A stretch of DNA of 64,000 nt from Camelus dromedarius (Eukaryota), in contig NC_087437.1 in assembly GCF_036321535.1 (NCBI RefSeq), positions 17,920,001 through 17,984,000 of the forward strand, in the 5' to 3' direction. The notes beneath the pieces were generated by a model, which did no database searches, was not told the origin of the DNA, and saw only the letters and a list, made by a program, of their open reading frames with translations. A program made the position numbers and the translations under genes. Of this stretch, positions 37,006 to 50,400 are shown one piece after another; positions within the stretch are counted from its first letter, which is position 1, and each line of letters begins with the position of its first letter.

Positions 37006-39939
37006 CTTGAGCCCATCCCACTCAGCCTGGTTTTCCCTCCTCTGCCATCGTACAAGGGAGTGAACCCCACTCACACCATCCTAGGTTGTTTCTGAAAAAC
37101 GGAGGTTGCGTCCTTTTCTTTGGTACTGAGTGCTCTGAGTAGTGTGGTGGGACTGACTCAGGTTGGAGGTTACAGTTAGAGATAATGGTTGGGGAGTCAT
37201 TCTCATTCACATAGAGGGGGAACAAAGCCACAGAAAGAGAGGGGATCAGAAAGACAGGGTGTTGGCCGAGATGACAGAGGCTCAAATTCAAGGACCTAGA
37301 CAAAGGCCACCCTTGGAGGGAAGAAAGGAGATTGAGCCAGAGGTCTCACTACCTTGTTTAGATGTGTTATCTCATTTAATCTTCACCCTATAAGCCTGGT
37401 GAGATCAGGAGTCAAGTCATTCCTATGTTATGGATGAGCAAACGGAGGCCCAGAGCTACTTCCTCCATCAGAAAGTCAGAAAGTGGCAGAGCATGGATTC
37501 AAAGTGAGTTTGGCCTGACACTCAAGCCCATGATCCTGCGCAGGACAGGAACACAAGGAAGGGAGAAGGTCGAGGAAGGAGGGGTGTTCAACCCTGTCAG
37601 ATGCTCCGAAAATATTTCCTCTAGTACAGGTCGCCTATTCAAGCACGGTGGACAACTGGAAAAGGTCATTGCATCTGACAACTGGAAGATGAGTCATGAC
37701 CTTTCAGTGGTCATAGCATAGGAGATTAATGGCATGAATTAATGGGAAGCAAATGGAAACAGTAATTCAATAAAAGATCATTACAGGGTTACAACTTTAT
37801 AAAGCACTATATATTATAAATATATTTATATATTATAAATATCTGTGCGCATAGATGTATGTAATTGCATCTATGTATATAATATTTCAGTGAAGTTATT
37901 GAGCCCAATGATAGGTTTTGTTGACCAATTCTTATATAATTATTTTCCACCAAGCAGGGACAAACTGGAAAACGCAGTGAGAAAGAATAAACCATGAGTT
38001 CTATGAAAGCAGGAGGTTCATCACTTTCTTCTAAATTTAGCATTATTCCCAGATGCCCAATGTGTGATGGAATTAATAAATGAACAATGACTAGAATGAG
38101 AAATAAATAAAGCCCAGGTCAAGGCAAGAGGAATGGCTCATGCTCACCCCTTGCCTGTTTTCTTATATTTTTTACTTTTTTTGTGTGTTTTTACTTTTTT
38201 TTTAATTTTACATTTTTTACTATTGCTACCTATTTACCTAGGTACCAAGGGACAGAGAAGCCTTTCTGTATTTTTGCTTAGAGTCCTATAACTTGTGCCA
38301 ATGAATTTCATCTGTTACATCTTTTCTATTTCCTCTTTTATGTTATTTCCTCAAATCTTTTCTTCACCTATTATTCATTTTTTCCCTCTTAAGTTAATCA
38401 ATTTATTCCATATCCTTGGTTTCCAGGCCTCTACAAGATGGATATCTTTTTGTCTGTGTGCACATCTGTCAGGAAACATTTTCTAAACTAAATTATAATA
38501 TGAAATCAAGGATCCCTCGGAAATGCAGCCGTGAAGAGTGGTGGGGGGTGATTTACCCTCCTGCTGAGACCTACCTTTCTCTGTTAGGCACTTAGCAACA
38601 GAGAAGTCAAGGAAGGGATAATTAGTTTGTGAATCTGGTGGTGGGTCCCAAACAAACCCACGGAAATGGAAGATCTGAAATACAGGCCCAGTAACGAGTG
38701 AGAGGAAATTGACAGAAACCAACTCTTACTAAGATAACACATGGCCAGAATCAATAAAGGGCAGCAGGAATTAAACAACTAAGCTGATGAAGGGCAGATC
38801 ACCAAGGAGTCTGGGTTTTGAAAGAATCTCTAGGGAATGCAGCGTATTGAAAGATACTCAGTGGTTCTGTTTTTCTTAGAAATAAATTATTCACCATATT
38901 TACTACACAACTCTCTATATGCTCATATCAGCTACCCATACTCCCACCAGTCAAGTCTCAGCCAACAAGATACTTCTTCTATACTATTTACCAATGTGTG
39001 GTTTAGACAATGTTTTTAGATAATCACAATAAATATTTTTAAGAAACTAAAGGTCAGTGCCCATTCCTCTAGATGGAAGAGGATCACTTTGAAGGGCATG
39101 AGCGACCCTTAGGTAGATTCTCTGCCACCAGATTTTCTTCCAAGACAACCAGCCTCCATCCCAATCAGAGATCAACATGAATTTGCAGAATATTTAATCT
39201 TCTCAGGAACAGATTTCCCGCCCTCCCTTCTACCTCTCCCCTCCAAATGGAAAAGAAGGGAGAGTCACAGGAGAAATGAGTTTTCTTAAAAATACAAGTC
39301 TTTGGAGATGGGTGGGCTTTTACAATATTCAGATTATCAAATAATATAATCTAATAGCGTTCTTTTTCATACCATACACATTCTTAAAGGCCATGACTTA
39401 ACTAGGGAGGGGAATCCTGTCAGTTAGAAATGCAGCTTCATGTGGTGGTTCCCATTTGAGCTCTAATGACCCAACTGCTGGGTTTGAATCCAAAACTTGG
39501 ATGTGAGACGTAAGGAGAAGTGCATCTCTTTCTGATGTGACACTGGAGCCTCATCTAACTGGTGACCAGAGGACTACTGAATTCTCCAGGAGAACAACCA
39601 TTGTTTGAATTACTATTTTTATTTTATTGATTAAGACCCAGACTTTCTGTGTTATATGCTAATTTATAAATTGTTAGCAGAGATGCAAATAGTTTGTCTT
39701 ACAGAGAAGATAACTCTAAAAGTTACAGTTTTATTGCCCTGTAAGACGTTAACCAGTTTTTTCTCTAATTTAGCAAACTTACTTTAGCATGCCTTTCCCA
39801 ACTGTTTATATAAATATCGGTTTTCCAAATGCTTGTTGAACTATCTTTACCATCCTGACAGTCCCCTCCTTAATGAGTCCAATTTTGATACATATCCACT
39901 TTATATGAGCTATTTTAAACTGTTTTTTTTAATATGCTT

Positions 39940-40125
39940 TGACCTTAGCAGTGTGACTTTACATGTTAACACACCTACGTATCTCAGTTTCCATATCTGT
40001 AAAATTAGAATAACATTAGTATCTACCTCAGAGACCTGTTGTAAGAATTAAATTAGTGAATATTTGTAAAGCACTTTGAACCAAGATTGGAAGAAGATAA
40101 ATGTAACATAGGTGTTTGTTAAATA
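39940..40125 (+). mobile_element. MIR SINE
   Basis: TCTCAGTTTCCATATCTGTAAAAT...TAGTATCTACCTCAGAG core. Confidence 0.8.
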
Positions 40126-40839
40126 CATTTAAGTAAAGAGCTTTAGAAATCACTTTTTTTTAGCATTCAGACTAGATCACTATGTGGGCTGCTTACCTCC
40201 TCTTCTTCCCAGGTCTTAGTGTCATGATCAACCTGAAGTGGAGATCTGAGCCATCCTAGAAAGAGGGCAGAGAAGTTGTCAGACATGAGAAAGACCCAGA
40301 TTTTCATGGGGAAGGAGCAATGTATGTCTAAGGTGACTATCCAGGTTTCCTAGTCCACCCATGAGTCCTGTTCAGAGCAAGAATCTGTACAAGCTTTCTG
40401 ATAAGGCAGGAAACATTTAACTTCTAGAACGGAAATTATGCTGCTCTGTCATGTTGCCGACAAGGACAAAGACACAGGGATGCCCAGATTTACTCAAGAG
40501 CACTCACGGAGATTAAAGAGGAGTTGAGGTGGGAACCTTGGTCCAATGGGCAAGACCCCTTCCACACTACGTCAGGCCCTGTCCAGGAATGTTAGCAATT
40601 AGAAAAGATGTTGGAGGGAGGAAGGGAGGGGACAGAAGGAAAATTAAAAAGAGATGAGAAAAAGAGGTAAGCTTCTCTAACATTCCCTCCTCACTATTTA
40701 GCCAAAGAGTGGATTTGACAACTACAACTCACCATGGGTCCTACCAGGGCCATCAATATCGTTTTATATGAAACTTTATAAAAATCTTTATATGAATAGC
40801 ATTTGGCTAACACCAGGCATATTAACAACAACAACAATA

Positions 40840-41070
40840 GCTACCCCAATACTGCCAATAATAATAAAAAACACATATAGTACTTACTATGTGCTGGGCT
40901 CTGTCTTAAATGTTTTATATTAATTCATTCGATCCTCCCAATAACCTCTAATTATCTCCATCTCACAGATGACAAAACTGAGACACAGAGGTTAAATTGC
41001 TTGCTTAAGATCACACAGAGAGTAAACAGTGGAGCTTGGTAATTCAAACCCAAGCATTCTTACAGGAGAG
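40840..41070 (-). mobile_element. MIR SINE
   Basis: ACAGATGACAAAACTGAGACACAGAGGTTAA...AAGATCACACAG. Confidence 0.8.
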
Positions 41071-41555
41071 CATTTGCTCTATATTATGATTAAAGTGTGG
41101 TGTGGTCCAGAAACAACTTTCTTCTTTTTGTACCACTTCCCTCACACCCAGAACTTCCCTTCTCAGCTTCTGGGCGACATCACAGGCAAATGCTATAGTT
41201 TACTAGTCACTTTCACATATTAACATTCTTACTTTCTGATATTAAAAAGTCCAGTCCAAACTAAAAGTTAGGTGTCACCTAATGGAAGCCTGCAACATCT
41301 GTATTAGAACAGTTGATCTGTAATACAACACTTTGATTCTTGAGAAAAATCAAATTTGTATCAAGATCAAGCTTCTAGATCTAAAATGTAGTTTAGAGAG
41401 ATGTGCTAAATAACGCTATGAAAATGCATAGGAATATTCAGGCTCTGAGGAACTCTACGGAACATATGACTCAGTTTCTTTAACAGAAGAATTTCAAGGG
41501 GTGGGGGAAGAAGGATGGGAAATTAATAGATTAAAACATCTTAAAAGACTAATAT

Positions 41556-41665
41556 TAAAAAAGAATATGAAAAGCACTATATATATGTATATAACTGAAT
41601 CACTATATTGTACCCAGAAATTAACACAACATTGTAAACTGACTATACTTCAATTAAAAAAAATT
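41556..41665 (+). mobile_element. Young artiodactyl-type L1 3' tail
   Basis: GTATATAACTGAATCAC...ACATTGTAAACTGACTATACTTCAATTAAAA, homologous to 5660-5745. Confidence 0.8.
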
Positions 41666-41677
41666 TTTTTTAATTAT

Positions 41678-42106
41678 TATTGGTTAAAAATGTGTTTACC
41701 AAAAAAAGATACATTGACATCCTAACCCATGGTGCCTGTGAATATGACCTTATTTGGAAATAGGCTCTTTGCAATATACTCAAGTTAAAATGAGTAGGCC
41801 CCTCATCCAATGACTGTGTCCTTACGAGAAGAGACACAGAGACAGAGACCCACAGAGTGAAGACAGCTACATAAAGATAGAGGTAGAGATTTGAAGCTGT
41901 CAAAGCCAAGGTACACCTGGGGCTACAGGCTGGAAGCTGCAAGAGGCAAGGAAGGATCCTCCCCTAAAAGCTTCCAAGAGAGCCGGGCCCTGCTAACATC
42001 TTGAATTCATATTTCTAGCCTCCAAAACTCCAAGAGAATAAATTTCTGTTGTTACAGGCACCGAGTTTGTGGTACTTTCTTTCAGCAGACCTAGGAAACC
42101 AATACA
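41678..42106 (+). mobile_element. MaLR solo LTR (MLT1B/C-like)
   Basis: GTGAATATGACCTTATTTGGAAATAGG...AATAAATTTCTGTTGTT...CTAGGAAACCAATACA. Confidence 0.88.
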
Positions 42107-44249
42107 AGGACCATAAGCCAAATGCAACATATGAACTTTGGATCCTAATTTAAACTCACTATAAAAAAATATTATGAGACAGATGGAGACATTTAAACAC
42201 TGACTGGACATTTGATGACATTAGGGAATTACTGTCAAATATTTTGGTGTAATAATGATATTGTAGTAATGCTTAAATAGAGTCCTTATATGTTAGACAT
42301 ACTTGAAAACTTTATAAGATGAAATGGTATGATGTCTAGGAATTGCTACAAAATAGTACGGGAGATGGGTAGTGGTTAGGATTATGAATGAAACAAGATT
42401 GGCCACAAATTGATAATTATAGAAGCTGGGAGGTAAGTACTTGAAAGCTTATGATACTCTTTACTCAATTTTTGTATATGTTTGAAATTTTCCACAATTA
42501 AAAGTAAAAAGAAAAAAGTCAAGTCTCATTTAAATAAAATCTTTAGTGCAACTTAAGTGTTATTTCATTTATATCTTTTCTTCTACCTCCCAGCCCACCA
42601 AGCCTAAGTTCAGGTCCAAGCTCTGATTTTTTTTAGTTTTTCTTTGCTCCAACTCCCTCTACCATCTAACCTCCCTGGGGTCAGATCAGGGAGGAGGAAT
42701 TAGAGAAAACACAGGCAAATATTCTTCTACCTTAGGTGGGACCATTGGTAAATCTCTGTTGGTTCTTAGTGTCCTTCCCAAATCCTGCTCATCTTTCACA
42801 GAGTGCCCATAACACAGGTGAGGACTCACACACTGTCTCCTTTCCTGATGAAGCTGATGATCTCTTTGCAAACATCCTAAGTTCTTGCTTCGATAAAGCC
42901 CTGAGATGTTCAATGAACTCCCTTTTCAGAAGATAGCTCTCTTGCCAGCTCTCTAGCTCTTCAAGACAACTCTTGCCTGATCACCAACTGAGGCATCTTC
43001 ATAGCCCATAATGAAGCTCACTAACCCTGGGCCACCAAGTGAAGTGAAAGTCTCCCCTTGGCTGCCCTCTCTCCAAGCACTTTCCAAGCCCCTTGAACTT
43101 CAGGTGATCTGCGAGGGTCTCCCAAGAAACCTCTCAAGCCAGACTCTGCCAGCAGCACAAGGAATGAAATGAGTGTCTCCCCTTCTCTTCAGCACCCTTG
43201 ATCTCGCTAAGTCATTCTTTTGGGTTGGTCCGCACTTGGCAGAGGTAGGAGGAAAGCACTCCTGACCCTTTCCTCTGCATCTTCTGTGTCTACAAATTCC
43301 CTTCCAAGATTCCCCCTCAATGCATCTATTGGAGGAGACAGTTACTACATCAGTTTGGCCACCTCTTAGCAAGCCCTTCTCAGATCTCTTAAAATGTATC
43401 AGCCATCTTCCCAGCTCTGACAACCACTCAACCTTCTGCCCTCTCGCTTCCAATCCTCCCACACCCTGCAAGGTGTGCATCTGTCACAGGTAAGGAAACA
43501 TGCTCCGAGACTTGCTCGAGTTCACTCAGCTTGCAACTGGTACAATATGGACTTGAACCTGAGATATCTGACTCCAAAGCCGGGACCCTTTGCACAATGC
43601 CTCGAAATGTTCTGGCTCACAAATTAGATCAATCAAAAGTCTTTTTTTTTAATTCTCAAGATAAAATATTGGACACTCCCCCAGTAAGCTGCACAGCACT
43701 GCTTCCAGCCCTGTTGCCAGAGAGATAGAGTATCTACAGTCAAACTGTCAAATTTCTGGAACAAAAACAAACAAACAAAATATTATCTGCCAAGGAATAC
43801 AGCAGCAGATTAAGAGCAGTCATTTCTGCTCCTTTCACAGCATCTGGAGGAGCAAGATATTGAGAATATTAGCCTTCATTCTGGAAACCTCCATCCGGAA
43901 AGTTGTCTTGTCTTTGTCCTCGGTCTCTTGCTATGCCTCCTGTAAACACGTCTGGTTATGTGTCCGTGGGGTCTTCAGAAACTCGAGGAAGAAATCCTGG
44001 GAGCCAAGGGGGTTGTGATCTCTATGTTTCCATTACAACAGCTGAGGGGTTCCACATCCCGCTTGGCCCACAAGAAATTTACAACTCTTGCCCCTCAGAT
44101 TCTAGAAGTCTGACCACACCCACTGCTGCCCTTTCTTCTCACCCCTCCATCCCAGACCACTCCTGTCAGCCTCCACCTTTAGACTTCCAAACCACATCCA
44201 GTATCTGTCACCCCTACGTTCTTCCCCTGCCATCATGTCCTTCCACTAG

Positions 44250-44375
44250 AACTGGCTACATAATTTCTGGGGGCCAGTGCAAAACGAAAATGTGGTGCCC
44301 CCATTCAAAAGCTGTTGTGATATTCAAGACAGCAATAGCGGAGCATTAAACCAAGTGGGAGGCCCTGTGTGACTT
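44250..44375. mobile_element. hAT-Tip100 MITE (MER91-like)
   Basis: CTGGCTACATAATTTCTGGGGCCAGTGCAAAACGAAAATGTGG...GGCCCTGTGTGACT. Confidence 0.7.
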
Positions 44376-46209
44376 CAGTCAAGCTCTTCAACCTCTCTGC
44401 TATTGAAATTTATTGTGTTCTCATCAGTTGACCCCACTACGCTGTGAGTAACTGATAGGCAGAGGATGTGCTTTAATCAATTCTGTGTCCTAGTGGCCGC
44501 TCGAGCCAGTACCCAGTAGGCATTCCATAAGAGTCGAATGAATGGATGAAAGAGCAAGAATGTCATGGGTCTCTCAGAACTCTGACTCCTCAAGCTCATT
44601 CTGCCTTCAGAGAATGGAAGGAGGAAAGTAGTCCACCTGAAAGTTTGCCAGAACAGGGGCCTATCAGGAGCATACGAAACAAGCCCACGGAGCTGGTCCT
44701 GGGTCTCACCGCCCACCAGTCACTCAGGCCAGAAACCACCACTTCTCCTCAACCCCTCCCCCGACCCCTTGACTGTCACACATATAATAAACTACCCCAT
44801 GTCCTATTGATTCTAACTCCTCAAAAGCACTCAAATCTAGCTCCTTCTTTCTGTCCTCTGCTACCACCTCACTTCCAACCAGAATCCGTTTTCACTTGGT
44901 GGATTTAGTTCGAGGCTGAGCTGCTGTAATAGAGAGACTCAACAATGCAGTGGTCAGAGTTTGAAACCAGATTTGTCTCACTCCAAAGCACAGGGCCTTT
45001 ACCTAGACTGGTATTTTCTAAAACGTTGCAGAAGATAGAAGTTCAAACCAAAAAAAAAAAAAAAAAAAAAAGGAGGGGGAAGAATTTACAGGTTGCCTTC
45101 ACTGAAGAATCCAAAGGCTAGCTATTTTCAGGCACACCCAGGTCCAGGAACAATGTTATCAGGGAGCCAACTCCGGACCCTGCTTTTCTTTGTTTGCTGA
45201 CCTCATTCCTTCCCATTGCAAATGGTTTTCTTCAGGCAACAAGGGAAGATGAAAAGTAAGCAACTCCAGCTCACATGATCCTTCTGGCTCCAAAACCTTG
45301 TCCTGAGCTTCACCAGCTTGGATACTTGATCTGACCAGAGTCAGAAGTGGAAGGGCTTCAGCACACAACCATCACAGAGTCACTAGGGTGTTGGGAGAGG
45401 AACTGACGCTGAGGCATTTCAGGTCGGGACTCCCCGTCTGGAGGTGCACGCCTTACAGCACGCTACAGGTCATGTCCAATTTTCTGACTGAGCAGTGGTC
45501 CCTGAAGCTTCTCTGATAGACCCACCGACACACAATCCCCATTAGACTTCCAGGAGGGCTGTTATGCATCTTCCATTCTCTGCAAGCACTGGGAGCTTGC
45601 AGGCAGAGGTCTGTGACACTCCCACTTATTCATTCATCACTCAACTCTTATGGAAAGCCTACTATATAAGGTACATTCTCTCCCCTTAAGTTGCTCACGG
45701 TGTAGTGCAGGAAACGAATGAGAAAACAAACTCTAGTTCAGAGTAGTTGAAGGTCCCATTAAAGTTACGTACAAGATAGAGCGGGGTATGCCTGACATTA
45801 TGAGGTCCTCCGCTTTCCTAATTCACCTCGCTGACTTATATACCACCATGTGTTCATCCATCTGTTCCCAGATAGGAATGTGAGCTTTCTAAAGGAAAGG
45901 ACGTCTACTATTTCTCTCTGTATCCCTAGCATTTAATAGTCAGTATGGGCATAGTAAATGCTTGATGCAAATAAGTGGGAGTGAAAACATAAGAATCTGG
46001 AATTCTTTCCAACGTTCATTAAACACCCACTAAGTTCAAGGCTCTGTGATAGATGTGAGAGAAACACAACTCCCTGTCCCCAAAGGGAGAGGGTCCAGAG
46101 AGGTGGGTTCATGGGAAGTCAGCTGAGACTTCTTAACAACTGGACCATTGTGTCTAAAGACCAAAAGTTCCCTCCTACTGACTCTTAGAAGAATGGAGCC
46201 TGAGCCAGG

Positions 46210-46560
46210 AAACTCATTACCCTTCTCTGCCCTGCAATTGAAGAGACAAATAACTCTTTAGTTAGCCATTATGCTCTAATCAGAGTAATTTCCATACAAC
46301 AGGGTGGACTGAGTTTGTTCTCCAATCGTAACATTTGTGAATTTCAACCACAATTCCACTTATTAATAGTCATTAATGGTCTATAAATAAAGCACAATCC
46401 TTTAGATACAGAAACCAAGCTATGAGCTTGTTTGAAATGTAAACAAGATATTCATGAACTTGCTAATTGCGATTCCTTGTTTGGCCTTTGGCCAACCTTC
46501 ATTCCCTGGAAGTGGCCACTGATTGAAATATTATATGTTTCTGATGATAAGTCCTGGGGG
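46210..46560. promoter_or_regulatory. Putative enhancer-like non-coding element
   Basis: Repeat-free. Multiple TAAT/ATTA cores, TGTAAACA and CACAAT. Confidence 0.4.
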
Positions 46561-46940
46561 GCTCAGGATCTAGGATTTGTGGGCTTATAGTCCAGAAGCC
46601 TGGTACGTTCTTTCACCCATTTACTCAAATAATTATTGAGTCCCTGCAGTGTGCGGGTCTCTGGGTTATCAAATATGAAGGCAGGACAGTTCCAGCCAGG
46701 TAAGAATCTAAATTCTGCTATTAGATGTGGACCCAAATATCAGCAATGCCCAGGGGGGCCACAGAAATGGCCCAGTGAGCTCTAAAGGTTGAGAGGTGGA
46801 AGCCTGCCTAAAGGGGGTGACAGCTGAGAGGAAAGGGATTGAAAGATGGGAAGGATTTTGTCTGGAGGGTTGTGCGCGTGGAGAGGGAAAAGATGTACTA
46901 AGTGGAGGAAAAGTTGAAATTGTAAACAACTAAGACATAG

Positions 46941-47400
46941 TGTGTCACCCATCACCCAGCTCCATAAGGATTAAGTCGCAACCCACTGCAGTCACTCACC
47001 AACAGTACACCCTTGAGAGGAATTCAGGATGCAAACCAGGATAAGACACTTTGGGCTTTGGATCAAAGGGCTCCTAGATAGTTAGATGCATATCACAGGA
47101 GGAATTTCATGACCTTAGATCCTTACATCTTCCCATACATAGAAAGGCACTAAAATCATTAACTTGAGATATCTGTTCTTTGTGATCAGCAGCGGTAATC
47201 CTTTACCAAAATGTATGCTTAACTGCATGTATTTCCTAGCCAACAAATTCATATATACCTATACTGGCTCCTCCCCTACCTCTTCAGAACAATTTACTCA
47301 GAGCTACCGAGTGGCTACCTCCCAGGCTATAGTCCTCAATAAGACCCTGAATAAAACTTAAATTCACAACCTCATGGCATGTGTTTTTCTTTAAGCTGAT
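46941..47400 (+). mobile_element. ERV1-type solo LTR
   Basis: TG start, TATA-like TATATA, and CCTCCCAGGCTATAGTCCTCAATAAG...GAATAAAACTTAA R-region typical of MER34/39-like LTRs. Confidence 0.75.
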
Positions 47401-47979
47401 GAGATCAACAGCTTAAATCATAAAAATTTGACACTGTAAATTATTTTGATTTAACATTTTACATAAATGTCCATATTTCTAACTTCTCTTGTAAAGTCAA
47501 GAGAGAGAGCCAACAGCACTAGGTCCACCCTTTAGTCCATCTGGCAATAATCAGCTGAATCGAGGTTTCAGAACTAACCATAGATATTAATCTTTGGGAT
47601 TCAGGAATAGGAGAAATCAGAATCCCTGGGAATTCTCAAATATTTCCTTTAAATCATACATATTCTTTAAATATCTTCACAGTTCTTCAAAATCATTGCT
47701 TATTATTGTGGCTATTCTAAAGCATTTTGTTAAATAAATAGTAAGTGTTAAGCTTAGCAGTATTTACACATAAATGTCGGCTCTAATAAACATTGGTAAA
47801 GAGCAGGGAAAATCACTGGTAGTATTCAAACAGACCTCCTAGCAAGGTTACCAACACCACACAGAATCGTATGTCAAAATTAGCAATTTAAGAGCTGCCT
47901 TTGTTCCAAACTTATTCTTTTTTTAGAACACCATTTATGGGATTTGTAATAAGTATACAACACAGAAATTTATTTTAAA

Positions 47980-48222
47980 TTTTTTATTGAAGTATAGTTC
48001 ATTTATAATGTGTTAGTTTCTGATGTACAGCATAGTGATTCAGTTATAAATATATTTATATCCTTTTTCATTATAGGTTATTACAAGCTGCTGAATATAG
48101 TTTCCTGTGCTCTATGTAGGATGTTGTTTATCTATTTTGTATATAGTAGTTTATATCAAACTCCTAATTTATCTCTCCTCCTCCTTCCCCTTTAGTAACC
48201 ATAAGTTTGTTTTCTATGTCTG
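47980..48222 (-). mobile_element. Artiodactyl-type L1 3' end
   Basis: TTTTTATTGAAGTATAGTT...GTACAGCATAGTGATTCAGTTATA...TAACCATAAGTTTGTTTTCTATGTCTG. Confidence 0.85.
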
Positions 48223-49619
48223 ACAATACACATAAAGTTAATATTTATTTTATTTGTAAAACTGATTCACTGTGAGCAGCAGACAAGGCCACTAACCCAC
48301 ACACAACCCTCAATTCCACATGCCAGCATTTCCTGCTCATTTTTCAACTTAACAAAAATGGATTTCTTTGAATCAGTTGTATCTCTGTGTTGATTGTTAA
48401 ACTTTAACACCTGCCAAAGAATTATAACACTTTTTCTTATCCTCCTGATTTTTTGACAGATTTTTCTCTGGACTCAGGACTCAGAGAAACATATACATAT
48501 TCTAAGAAATTCTGGAAAAGAATACCTGCCTGGGAAGACTAACGGGGTCTGAGTAGCATCGCCCCCTTGACATGGGATGTGTGTCTAACTCTCCAGAGTC
48601 CACAACAGCTTTTCTTTTTTTCCTCTAACATGAGACCACGTGTCAGATACCATGTACTTGGTCTGTCTGACCTCTGAAGCTATTTCAGTCCTGCCCCTGG
48701 GCTGAGGGGGATGAGGGCCAGGGACATTTGCAGGGATACTGGGAAGAGAAGCGGCTGCATTGGGTCAGGTGAATCTAGATCATGGGGAAATTTGGCTGAA
48801 ACATAAATAGACACCAAGCTAAGATGTTTGTTTTATCCAATAGGAATCCATTGAAAACTAAAGCAGCATAATACCACTAAAGCCACACTTAAGGAAATAT
48901 GAATCTGGTACCAGCCTGTAAAAAGTCTCAAAGGCTATGGACTGAAGGCAGAGGGCTCAGGACGGGGTCTCCTGAAGGAAAGGATGAAAACTAGAAACAA
49001 ACCACAGGCCTTAGATGCAGAAGGAATGGACGCCAGGTACATTGGAGGGGAGGCTGGACAGCACTTGGCCACTCATTGAAAGGCAGTGCTGACAAGGTAG
49101 GCTCTGAGGTTTTACATCTGCAGGGGCTGAGCCATCCAGCTTGTCCAGGAACAGGGACATCAGGGAAAGGCGTGCCAAGGCCACTGCAGAACAGAGGTCC
49201 AATGGCCCAGGGTCCTACTCAGATATGTTCTCAGGCAAAGGCATGAGCAAGATGTCCTGACGTTTCCCACGCCTCTGCTCCTTTCTAAAACTCTTAACTT
49301 TCAGTCGACACCAGCCTCACATCTGCCAGCCAGAGGAAGGGAGATAAACATTGTTTCCAAAAAAGGATTTTCATAATTGCTTAAAATCGGTTGTTTTGTT
49401 TGCTTGTTTTCTTTAATACGGTCTGTGTTCCAGCCAGGGGAAGAGATGGGATTCCCTTCCCACTTCAAGGAGATGCTGTGTCTAGACTTTTGTATAAGAC
49501 TTCAGCTGGTGTGCAGCCCTGCAGGCCACATCACCCAGGCCCACAGCACACAGCACACAGCACACTGCCCCCGCCCGGGCCACTTGGCCCCACTCACACC
49601 CTCTCCGAGAGCTCCCCAG

Positions 49620-49860
49620 CCCTGAGTAACTCAAGCCCTCCCACAGCCCCAGCTGCAGCCGCCCATTACCTGGGAGAGTTAATAAGAAATCACCTTTCTT
49701 CTCCGGCGCAGATGAATTCCAGTCAGTTCATTCTCACAGGAAATAAATTTTAAAATGGAAATTAAACAAAACAATTGCAAGGGAAGGTAATAACGTCTTG
49801 CCCCTGAATTCTGCCTCTGAGAGGAATCTATTACCATCCCCGAGATCACAGCAGGCCTGG
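49620..49860. promoter_or_regulatory. Putative enhancer-like non-coding element
   Basis: Repeat-free with retained CpGs. Contains AACAAT, CAGATG and TAAT motifs. Confidence 0.4.
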
Positions 49861-50109
49861 AGAAGCCCCTCCGGACACCAGGGCTTCTGGTGCAGCATTG
49901 GGCTGTGCAGGCCCTGTGGCTCTTGTGTCTGTTCACTGGAGCCTCATCAGGCTGTTCAGTGGGCTCAGAACCACATACCTACTCCTCCAAATGCATGGGC
50001 TACACGGAGGTGAGGGCCTCTGCACTCACTTCAGAATGCTCTGTGGCCTGGAGTCCTGAAGCCTTTGTCCCTGGGACTGTTTCCACACCAATCCAAACAC
50101 TGTGCTGTA

Positions 50110-50400
50110 ACACAGTGATTAAGAGACAGGCTGTGCAGGATACAGGCTCTTCCATTTACTACCTGCGTGACCTTGGGCAAATTACTTAAACTCTCTAAGC
50201 TTTGGTTCCTTATCTGTTAAATAGGATAAAAAAAAGAAAAAGAAAAAGAAAAAGAAAAAGAAAAAGAAAAAGAAAAAGAAAAAGAAAAAGAAAAAAACCT
50301 GCCTCATAGGATTACTGTGAAAGCAAATAAATTAATGCTTGCAAAGCCCAGTGCCTCACAGATCATAAGTGCTCCATAAATGTCAGCTTTTATTATTATC
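50110..50400 (+). mobile_element. MIR SINE
   Basis: GTGACCTTGGGCAAATTACTTAAACTCTCT...CCTGCCTCATAGGATT. Confidence 0.85.
50228..50297. repeat. (GAAAAA)n hexanucleotide microsatellite
   Basis: About 10-11 perfect units inside the MIR. Confidence 0.95.

Larger units (their letters stand above)
41390..42515 (+). mobile_element. L1MC-type 3' end hosting two nested insertions
   Basis: CCAAATGCAACATATGAAC, AACAAGATTGGCCA, TTTGTATATGTTTGAAATTTTCCACAAT. Confidence 0.75.

Noticed and set aside
48555..48575. CTCF-like motif (rev. comp. TGTCAAGGGGGCGAT)
   Set aside because: Mismatches in the CCAC part of the core; cannot be supported without PWM or ChIP data.
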